NCBI GenBank assembly: GCA_950097015.1
Contig: CATNEN010000037.1
Location: forward strand, 1,116,001-1,180,000
DNA from: Macrostomum hystrix
Taxonomy: Eukaryota > Animalia > Platyhelminthes
Reading direction: 5' to 3'
Length of the DNA stretch: 64,000 bases
Shown: in pieces, positions 26,601 to 38,600 of the stretch
Numbering within the stretch: position 1 is the stretch's first letter
How the letters are laid out: each line of letters starts with the position of its first letter
Position numbers and translations under genes: made by a program
Notes under the pieces: model-generated
What the model saw: the letters and a program-made list of their open reading frames with translations, nothing else
Told to the model about the DNA's origin: nothing
Database searches by the model: none

Positions 26601-29600
26601 AAAAAATCCTATGGTTTTAGGAATCTAATAAAAAACCCTAGGCTCAATAAATACCAAAATAATTCTCTAGGTCACGTTCGCTCACTATCTTGACATCGCA
26701 CTCGATTTTTGCTTTGACTCGCAATAAAGAAACAAGACTCCACCTTCCTGACGTTGAGTTGCGTCGTGTTAAAAAGTCGTCATGATTAGACATGACGATC
26801 AGAAGTAGATCCGGATGCTATTGTGGTAGGCGCTTTGACTGAAAACTGCACTGCAAGATCCTCTTTGATATAAATTATTGTGTCATAAATAAGAGACTAA
26901 CTGGCATTATGATTTCCAGAAATCCGACTCCACAATCACATCTCGCCCGTTAACGATTCACATCCCTTAACAATAATTATGTCACTGTAATTGACTGATC
27001 ATGGCGCTAATACATTACAAAGCACCATATGGCTTTTATCCAGGTAGCAGAATCCTAAACACAATCGCCCAATAGTCGTGCACTATTTCGCAATATAACA
27101 ATTGGTAGCATTGTATTGACATAGATTATATTAGCTGATTAAGTTAGATTTGAACTATCGCAATGTGATCAGGGATTTGGCTGACAGTGCAATCAAACAG
27201 CAGTCTATCTTCTCTCGCTGATCCCAACGGGAGCATCAATGAACGAGGACTCGGCCAAGCTGAGCTATCGGGATTTGATGAAACTGCAACACGAGGAACG
27301 CACTAGAGTAAACACACTGGAATTTGATGCCGCTATGATAGCTAACTATTTGTTCAACCCGCATCAATGTGGATCTATTATCTGGCACATGCTGTTTAGA
27401 TAAGATAGGCGCCCAACGAGAGAAAAGTAAAGCTTAAATAGGATCACAGCTGCCGTAAAATTATATCTCTGTCACTGCGCTGGTTGCCTGGTCTCATTCA
27501 CTGACCCATCGCGGTCCAATGTTATTATGCCTGTCACTCGAAAATTAGTGTTAATCTTTAACCCATTACTTGTCCTTTCGTTTTACTTATCTGTCCAGAT
27601 ATTCGTAGATCTGAGTACGCCATCCTCTTTGACAAATGTAAGTCAGTTAGTTTTCGGTTCTTCCCGGGAGTTTATCTTCATCAAATCCACATTGCCTGAT
27701 ATTGAATTGTCGAACCTTTTAAGATCCCTTGGAGAAATTCCTAGCAAATTATGACAGTGGATTAAAACACGTCTCATGAGGCACGGGCAAGCTCACTATG
27801 CACCGCATGTTATTCGGCGCTTATCTTGGTACTGCTAATATTGCTCTATCAGAGTCTGTAAACACTTGTGCTAGGAACAACCAGCACTGCATGATGATAT
27901 CGAGTTTCCGTCCCTTTAGTCGGCGGTTAACATCAAAATCCAATATCTCCAAAGTGGATCACCAATCCAGTTAGTGTTAGAAATGCGATACTTAAAGCTC
28001 GAGGTATGGAAATGTTTGTTCCCACAGTGCTGCCACTGAAGAGCCCCAACTTTTCACTCGATCGTCAGGCTTTATGTAGTGCTCATGTCAGGTTTATACG
28101 TGACATGGCATCGCTTTTAGCTTCCTTTCTTTATCGCAGCGCAGTTTCAGTTTCAAGACTAATGGTGTTTAACAACAGTTTCAGTCGCTTTTTAGACGTT
28201 TAACGAGAGGATATTTAACAACAGTTTCAGTCGCTTTTTAGACGTTTCACGAGAGGATGTTTAGCAACATTTTCAGTCGCTTTTTAGACGTTACACAAGA
28301 GGGTCTTTAACAACAGTTTCAGTCGCTTTTTAGACGTTTCACAAGAGGATGTTTAGCAACATTTTCAGTCGCTTTTTAGACGTTACACAAGAGGATGTTT
28401 AACAACAGTTTCAGTTACTTCCTAGACGTTTCACAAGAGGCGGTATACGGTTCACTATTTTTGTTGCACAACAAAAATATTAAGTTACTCTTAAGTCGAT
28501 AAACTGGTTCATAAAACCTTTTTAGCTGTTGAAGTGCATATGAGGTAGGTTTTAACCAGAAATGGTGCAAAACTTTTGCGCCAATGGATAAGTCTCAGGC
28601 ATTAGGTTGTTGTTATTGTTATTGCTTGTTGATTGCTTGGTATTTCTTATTTCCTAAAAACACAGGCGAATCCATAGTCCAGGCGTCCTGGAATCTCTAC
28701 GAACTGTTTGTGCGCCTGTTCGCCCTGGGCTCGGCCTGCGTCAATCCCTATTTGTACGGCTGGCTGAACGAGCACGTCCGAGCCAGTCTCAAGGCCTGTC
28801 TGGGCCGCGGTGGCGCCTCCGAAGACGCAGGACAGACTGGAAGACGCGGTGTCAATGACAACAGCCGACGCCGGCGCATCGTCGGAGGTCAGGATCCTGA
28901 CGATACGCTCTATCCAGCTGGCGACGATGCTGCCGACGACGACAATCTGGACGATGCCAGCCATGACTGCGATGAGGATCACCGTCGAGACTGCGAGCGG
29001 CGCCAATGCGCCAGCGACCAATCAGCGGCGATGACAACCGTTGTCAAGGTAAACAAGCAAGAGGGGAAAGACGACGATGCCGGTCCCGAGGCGGCTCTAG
29101 TGATCATTGATGGCGGCGAGAGCTGCGAATTGATGATGACTCACCGCCCGCAGCAGTCGCCGCTGCTGACACCGCAGCATATCGAAGAAAACGGCGAACA
29201 CGAAACTGGGGCGGTTTAGCGACTGACAACAGCCTGTTTCTATCACCTGCCCGAAGAAACCTGCTCGATCTATGAGATAACATGGAAGATTGAGCCATTT
29301 CAGACCGACTGAAATAAAGAAACGAAACGGCAGATTTGCTATGAAAAACTAGTTAAATTAAAAATCAAAGATCTAAATAAATAAATAAATAAATAACTAT
29401 ATATATTTCTTTATTTAAGAGAAATCCAATTTCTTGGAAAGCATTTACTGCACCTTTACCCCTTTACCGTAGCAGCTGATGCGGTAATTCAAAGTGAAGT
29501 CAAGTCCCAAACTGAAAAGACTGACGCTGGCAACTGCAGCGCAGCAGTGCAGGAGAAAGACGTGGCAGATTGACAGAGCCGAGGTCGCGGAACTCTCAGG

Positions 29601-32600
29601 GGACCCGTCCAATCCTAAGCCCCGAACCCGGAAAAGCTGGCGGAAAGTTCTACTTTCTTCGCATTAACCTACACAATCGACCTGAAAAGGAAATTTCGAC
29701 CTTAGAAGACCGCGACTTGCAGACATCTTTTGATGTGTGGCGTTTTGGATGACCAGCAAAAGAACCGATACTTCTTTCGCAGTTTTTCTCTCCTCCGTCT
29801 AGGCGAAACGGCTACGAAATAATAATAACTAGCTAAAGAAACAGAATAATAGAAACCTGTAGATGTAGCGGTGCCGGGAGTAGCCACACAGAAGCTCGTC
29901 CGCTCCCATGCCGCAGAGCACCACCTGCGGGCGAGGACTGAATAAGCTGAATACGACTTCACACCTACCCCGTCAGACTTCACACCAACCCCGTCAGACT
30001 TCACACCTACCCCGTCAGACTTCACACCTACCCCGTCAGACTTCACACCTACCCCGTCAGACTTCACACCTACCCCGTCAGACTTCACACCTACCCCGTC
30101 AGACTTCACACCTACCCCGTCAGACTTCACACCAACCCCGTCAGACTTCACACCTACCCCGTCAGACTTCACACATACCCAACCAGCCCCAACCAATCAA
30201 ACCTTAGCTGGCGATCGATACAGCAGTGATTCCTCCAGCCGCAGGTGTTCATTGTGCTCAGGCAACAGGGTGCCTTCGCCACGAGCCGCGAACCAAACGG
30301 CGCAGCCGAGGCTGTCGTCGAGCACCGTGCCGCAGGGCCGGCAAAGTCGGGATATTCTACGATTTCTGAAATTTTATTATGATTTGTTGGATTGGTCTGG
30401 GAAGGTTTCAGATAAATCTAGGTGTCTCGTAGGGTGTCAGATGAGTCTAGGTGTCTCGTATGGTGTCAGATGAGTCTAGGTGTCTCGTATGGTGTCAGAT
30501 GAGTCTAGGTGTCTCGTAGGGTGTCAGATGAGTCTAGGTGTCTCGTAGGGTGTCAGATGAGTCTAGGTGTCTCGTAGGGTGTCAGATGAGTCTAGGTGTC
30601 TCGTTGGGTGTCAGATAAGATAGTTTAAAATATACTTATTGCTATCCAAGTCGAGCACAGCAATACCTTGCATCCTGCAGTTCTTGAAGTGTCACGTCGA
30701 TCTGAAACAACAACAGAATGAGGTAAAAATATGCATAAGAAACAATTAACTTAACGAGTTTAGAATGCAAAAACTCGTAGGGCATTCAATCCATAATTAG
30801 CTAATGAGCACCAGAATCATTTCTTTCTTACGTAAACATTTTTAAAGAAAATCTTTGTTAGAACGATGTCACTGAATCTGTACACAATGTCACTTAATCT
30901 GCACACAATGTCACTGAATCTGCACACAATGTCACTGAATCTGTACACAATGTCACTTAATCTGCACAAAATGTCACTGAATCTGTACACAATGTCACTT
31001 AATCTGCACACAATGTCACTGAATCTGTAAACTATGTCACTGAATCTGTACACAATGTCACTGAATCTGTACACAATGTCACTGAATCTGTACACTATCT
31101 ATATATATAAAAGTGAAAACTCTGTCTGTCTGTCTGTCTGTCTGTGTGCAACCTTTTGTCTTTATAGACGCCGAAACCGCTCAACTAAATCGCACCAAAC
31201 TTTGCACATACCTAAAACCACCTACGCTGAGTGCAATAGGCTACTCAAATTCCCAAAAAGTCATTTCCTTCCTGCTCAAAAGTGCAAAAAACTGCTCAAA
31301 AATCGTCAAAAAATCACTCAATTCGACATATCGTCGCCCCACTTTGTCAGATTTTCTCCAAATTTGATCCACTTACACTTTACATGTTTTCCAACAATGC
31401 TGTCAATTTTGAACATCTCTACTCAATCCAGAGCAAAGCTGCATCATCTCAAAGTGAGTCACTTTTTGTTTTCCGAGGACAGCCACCCCAACTCCCCTCC
31501 GCCACTCTGCGGGCCAAATTTTAATACAGCCACCCCCTCCCTTCCCCGGGCGCCGAAGCCCCAGACTGTACATTGCATTTCAAGCCGTGAATGTACACAG
31601 CCCAAACCCCTAGACTGTCTACTGGCCCCCAAGCAGCACTGAGACTGAGTGCGGTGAGTGCGGTGGCGTCCCAGTGCGCAGGGCTCTCCGGTCAATATTT
31701 CTCTCCAGCCAGCCTGGGATAGAAGAAAGAGAGAGGCTGGCGTACAGTGCTTTGCTAAAATACAAGACGGTTATCCGCTGTATCGACGGAGATCACGTGA
31801 GGATGGCGGCTTTACCACTCGCATTATTCTATGCAGCCATGGGAATGAAGAGATCGATCTGTACAACAGATGGGTCGTTCCCTACTGCCCGCTACTGTCC
31901 AAGGTGTTCAATCCACACATCAACGTTGAGTACTGCAACTCTGTTAAATCAATCAAGTACATTTGCAAGTACGTGAACAAGGGTAGCGACCAAGCAGTGT
32001 TCAACATTGAGGGACCTGGAGGCATAGTAAACGAATTTGACGAAGTCAATCGCTTCAAGAGCGGAAGGTATCAGCTCTAACGAGGCAATGTGGCGAATCT
32101 TCGGATTCTCTATTCATGAACGCCACCCAACTGTCATGCACCTCAGTGTGCACCTGGAAAACGGTCAGAGAGTATACTTTACGGAGGAGAACATCCAGCA
32201 GCGTGCTCAAAGGCCACAGGACACTACTCTTACTGCTTTCTTCAAGTTGTGCGCTGAAGACCCCTTTGCCAGGACTTTGCTGTACCACCAGGTGCCTGCC
32301 TATTACACATGGAACGCCTCTTCGAAAGGATGGAAGCGGCGGGTTCAAGGCGCTGCAGTTCCAGGCCATCCTGAAATATGACAGACTGATGCATTAGCCA
32401 GAGTACACGGTGCACCCAAACCACAGTGAATGCTACTACCTGCTACACACCGTGATTGGTCCGACGTCATTTAGACACATTAGAACGGTGGAAGGCCATA
32501 CCTGCCAAACTTTTCATGAAGCATGTCAGCGACTGGGACTGCTGGAAGAGCTGGATGACCAGGAGCAGCTGGGACAGTTCATAGAGGAGAATGAGCCCCG

Positions 32601-35600
32601 ACTCATGCCTGAGCAGCAAGAGGCGTACCGCGAGCTATTGCTCAGAGTCAACAACAACGTTGGTGGCATGGTTTTTCTTGATGCTCCAGGTGGCACAGGA
32701 AAAAAATTTCTAATCAACCTCCTTCTGGCAAAGGTCAGGCAACGAGGCGACGTTGCCATTGCTGTAGCTTCCTCTGGAATTACAGCCACCTTGCTGCCAG
32801 GCGGTCGCACTGCCCACTCAGCACTGAAGTTGCCGCTTGATCTGATTGAGCGGAGAATCCGCTGTACAACATCAAGAAAAACACAGGCACTGCCAGAGTG
32901 CTTCAGGCTTGCAAGCTTATCGTCTGGGATGAGTGTACCATGTCCCACAAACTGGCATTTGAAGCACTCAACTTAACTTTGAAAGACCTGCGCAATAGCA
33001 ATCAACTGATGGGTGGTGTCACTCTGCTGCTGTCTGGAGACTTTAGACAGACGCTGCCTGTGATTCCGCGAGGCACTCCTGCTGATGAGATTAATGCTTT
33101 CCTAAAATCATCTCACCTGTGGCCATCGGTTGTGAAGTTGCACCTACGAACAAACATGAGAGCTACAATTCAAGGAGACGAAACAGCTCATGAGTTCTCT
33201 GCCAATCTATTGCGAATCGGCAATGGTCTGCTGGAGATTAGCACAGAGAATGGGCAGTCATCGATCGCTACAATCGGAACCATTGTGCAGTCAGTGCAGG
33301 AGCTCAAGGCAAAAGTTTACCCGAACCTGATGGTTCGATATGCTGACGTTGACTGGCTGTCAGAGCCAGTACGCCCTTAAACAAACTCTTCACTTTTCAT
33401 TCATGCAGTAAATAAATAAATGGTGACCTTCACTATAAAGTTAATACAGAGACGTGAATTGCTTACTGCTTTGCTTTAAATTTCTGCCCCAAAAACAACG
33501 GGCAAAAAAAGCTAGTATCACTTAATCTGTACACAATGTCACTGAATCTGTACACAATGTCACTGAATCTGTACACAATGTCACTTAATCTGCACACAAT
33601 GTCACTGAATCTGTACACTATATCACTTAATCTGTACACAATGTCACTGAATCTGTACACAATGTCACTGAATCTGTACACAATGTCACTTAATCTGCAC
33701 ACAATGTCACTGAATCTGCACACTATGTCACTGAATCTGTACACAATGTCACTTAATCTGCACACAATGTCACTGAATCTGTACACTATGTCACTGAATC
33801 TGTACACTATGTCATTTAATCTGCACACAATGTCACTGAATCTGTACACAATGTCACTGAATCTGCACACTATGTCACTGAATCTGCACACTATGTCACT
33901 GAATCTGTACACAATGTCACTGAATCTGCACACAATGTCACTGAATCTGTACACAATGTCACTGAATCTGTACACAATGTCACTGAATCTGCACACTATG
34001 TCACTGAATCTGTACACAATGTCACTTAATCTGCACACAATGTCACTGAATCTGTACACAATGTCACTGAATCTGTACACTATGTCACTGAATTTGTACA
34101 CAATGTCACTGAATCTGTACACAATGTCACTTAATCTGTACACAATGTCATTGAATCTGTACACAATGTCACTGAATCTGTACACAATGTCACTGAATCT
34201 GTACACAATGTCACTTAATCTGCACACAATGTCACTGAATCTGCACACTATGTCACTGAATCTGTACACAATGTCACTTAATCTGTACACAATGTCACTG
34301 AATCTGTACACAATGTCACTGAATCTGTACACAATATCACTTAATCTGTACACAATGTCACTGAATCTGTACACAATGTCACTGAATCTGTACACAATGT
34401 CACTGAATCTGTACACAATGTCACTGAATCTGTACACAATGTCACTGAATCTGTACACAATGTCACTGAATCTGTACACAATGTCACTGAATCTGCACAC
34501 AATGTCACTGAATCTGCACACAATGTCACTTAATCTGTACACAATGTCACTGAATCTGTACACAATGTCACTTAATCTGTACACAATGTCACTGAATCTG
34601 TACACAATGTCACTGAATCTGTACACAATGTCACTGAATCTGTACACAATGTCACTGAATCTGTACACAATGTCACTGAATCTGTACACAATGTCACTGA
34701 ATCTGTACACAATGTCACTGAATCTGCACACAATGTCACTGAATCTGCACACAATGTCACTTAATCTGTACACAATGTCACTGAATCTGTACACGATGTC
34801 ACTGAATCTGTACACAATGTCACTGAATCTGTACACAATGTCACTGAATCTGCACACAATGTCACTGAATCTGTACACAATGTCACTTAATCTGCACATA
34901 ATGTCACTGAATCTGTACACAATGTCACTTAATCTGCACACAATGTCACTGAATCTGTAAACTATGTCACTGAATCTGTACACAATGTCACTGAATCTGT
35001 ACACAATGTCACTGAATCTGTACACTATATCACTTAATCTGTACACAATGTCACTGAATCTGTACACAATGTCACTGAATCTGTACACAATGTCACTTAA
35101 TCTGCACACAATGTCACTGAATCTGTACACTATATCACTTAATCTGTACACAATGTCACTGAATCTGTACACAATGTCACTGAATCTGTACACAATGTCA
35201 CTTAATCTGCACACAATGTCACTGAATCTGCACACTATGTCACTGAATCTGTACACAATGTCACTTAATCTGCACACAATGTCACTGAATCTGTACACTA
35301 TGTCACTGAATCTGTACACAATGTCACTTAATCTGCACACAATGTCACTGAATCTGTACACAATGTCACTGAATCTGCACACTATGTCACTGAATCTGCA
35401 CACTATGTCACTGAATCTGTACACAATGTCACTGAATCTGCACACAATGTCACTGAATCTGTACACAATGTCACTGAATCTGTACACAATGTCACTGAAT
35501 CTGCACACTATGTCACTGAATCTGTACACAATGTCACTTAATCTGCACACAATGTCACTGAATCTGTACACAATGTCACTGAATCTGTACACTATGTCAC

Positions 35601-38600
35601 TGAATTTGTACACAATGTCACTGAATCTGTACACAATGTCACTGAATCTGTACACAATGTCACTGAATCTGCACACTATGTCACTGAATCTGTACACAAT
35701 GTCACTTAATCTGCACACAATGTCACTGAATCTGTAAACTATGTCACTGAATCTGTACACAATGTCACTGAATCTGTACACAATGTCACTGAATCTGTAC
35801 ACTATATCACTTAATCTGTACACAATGTCACTGAATCTGTACACAATGTCACTGAATCTGTACACAATGTCACTTAATCTGCACACAATCTCACTGAATC
35901 TGTACACTATATCACTTAATCTGTACACAATGTCACTGAATCTGTACACAATGTCACTGAATCTGTACACAATGTCACTTAATCTGCACACAATGTCACT
36001 GAATCTGCACACTATGTCACTGAATCTGTACACAATGTCACTTAATCTGCACACAATGTCACTGAATCTGTACACTATGTCACTGAATCTGTACACAATG
36101 TCACTTAATCTGCACACAATGTCACTGAATCTGTACACAATGTCACTGAATCTGCACACTATGTCACTGAATCTGCACACTATGTCACTGAATCTGTACA
36201 CAATGTCACTGAATCTGCACACAATGTCACTGAATCTGTACACAATGTCACTGAATCTGTACACAATGTCACTGAATCTGCACACTATGTCACTGAATCT
36301 GTACACAATGTCACTTAATCTGCACACAATGTCACTGAATCTGTACACAATGTCACTGAATCTGTACACTATGTCACTGAATTTGTACACAATGTCACTG
36401 AATCTGTACACAATGTCACTGAATCTGTACACAATGTCACTGAATCTGTACACAATGTCACTGAATCTGTACACAATGTCACTGAATCTGTACACAATGT
36501 CACTGAATCTGTACACAATGTCACTGAATCTGTACACTATGTACACTGAGACTCACTCTTCTATATTTGGTTGCAGAATATATATTCTCAATTTTTCCTT
36601 TCTCCCACGATGTAGAAACTATCTGGGGAGTTGGCGGCGCGTGTAATAAATCTATGTAACAGCGGACCGCAATAAAGCTACACCAGCAGCCCAGTCGGCC
36701 AGTGTTACCGAAACCACTCATTCGTCAGTTCTTATCTGACGGACGCAGTCTTTCTCGCTTAGACGCTTGAAGATTTTTTCCCTTGGGCAATCTGTAGTGT
36801 TTTAGTAGTCTCAGCCAAAGCGATCAAAAGCATGCTGTCTCTAATTGCCTGAATTCATTGCACCAATTTCGTCAGTTTTATTATAACGCTTGCTTCGCAC
36901 TTGTCATTAGAATCGGCATCCTATTAACAGAAATGCAGATTCCCAGATTTGTTAGCACTTTTAAATGGCATCGCACGTTTAACTGTGGACTTTATAATTT
37001 ACGGCTCGTAGAAGCATTGAATCATTCGGTTAAAGTGCCTGTCTGAGGATCTGTTGGGGATCTGAGGATCAGTTGCGGATCAGAGGATCAGTTGGGATCT
37101 GTGGATCAGTTGGGGATCTAAGGAACAGTTAGTGATCTGAGGATCAGTTTGGGATCTAAGGAACAGTTAGTGATCTGAGGATCAGTTGGGATCTGAGGAT
37201 CAGTTGGGATCTGAGGATCAGTTGGGGATCTGAGGATCAGTTGGGATCTGAGGATCAGTTGGGATCTGAGGATCAGTTGGGATCTGAGGATCAGTTGCGG
37301 ATCTGAGGATCAGTTGGGGATCTGAGGATCAGTTGGGGATCTGAGGATCAGATGGGGATCTGAGGATCAGTTGGGGATCTGAGGATCAGATGGGGATCTG
37401 AGGATCAGATGGGGATCTGAGGATCAGTTGGGGATCTGAGGATCAGTTGGAGATCTGAGGATCAGATGGGGATCTGAGGATCAGTTGGAGATCTGAGGAT
37501 CAGATGGGGATCTGAGGATCAGTTGCGGATCTGAGGATCAGTTGGGATCTGAGGATCAGTTGGGGATCTGAGGATCAGTTGGGGATCTGTGGAGCAGTTG
37601 GAGATCTGAGGATCAGTTGGAGATCTGAGGATCAGTTGGGATCTGAGGATCAGTTGGGATCTGAGGATCAGTTGGGGATCTGAGGATCAGATGGGGATCT
37701 GAGGATCAGTTGGGGATCTGAGGATCAGATGGGGATCTGAGGATCAGATGGGGATCTGAGGATCAGTTGGGGATCTGAGGATCAGATGGGGATCTGAGGA
37801 TCAGTTGCGGATCTGAGGATCAGTTGGAGATCTGAGGATCAGATGGGGATCTGAGGATCAGTTGGAGATCTGAGGATCAGTTGGGATCTGAGGATCAGTT
37901 GGGATCTGAGGATCAGTTGGGATCTGAGGATCAGTTGCGGATCTGAGGATCAGTTGGGGATCTGAGGATCAGTTGGGGATCTGAGGATCAGATGGGGATC
38001 TGAGGATCAGTTGGGGATCTGAGGATCAGATGGGGATCTGAGGATCAGATGGGGATCTGAGGATCAGTTGGGGATCTGAGGATCAGTTGGAGATCTGAGG
38101 ATCAGATGGGGATCTGAGGATCAGTTGGAGATCTGAGGATCAGATGGGGATCTGAGGATCAGTTGCGGATCTGAGGATCAGTTGGGATCTGAGGATCAGT
38201 TGGGGATCTGAGGATCAGTTGGGGATCTGTGGAGCAGTTGGAGATCTGAGGATCAGTTGGAGATCTGAGGATCAGTTGGGATCTGAGGATCAGTTGGGAT
38301 CTGAGGATCAGTTGGGGATCTGAGGATCAGATGGGGATCTGAGGATCAGTTGGGGATCTGAGGATCAGATGGGGATCTGAGGATCAGATGGGGATCTGAG
38401 GATCAGTTGGGGATCTGAGGATCAGATGGGGATCTGAGGATCAGTTGCGGATCTGAGGATCAGTTGGAGATCTGAGGATCAGATGGGGATCTGAGGATCA
38501 GTTGGAGATCTGAGGATCAGATGGGGATCTGAGGATCAGTTGCTGATCTGAGGATCAGTTGGGATCTGAGGATCAGTTGGGGATCTGAGGATCAGTTGGG

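Noticed and set aside
27204-27403. Coding-looking 54-aa ORF ([21 protein letters not shown]...) inside the GPCR intron, a possible cassette exon
   Set aside because: The phase-compatible acceptor lacks a pyrimidine tract, there is no convincing phase-1 donor, and I recognise no homology.
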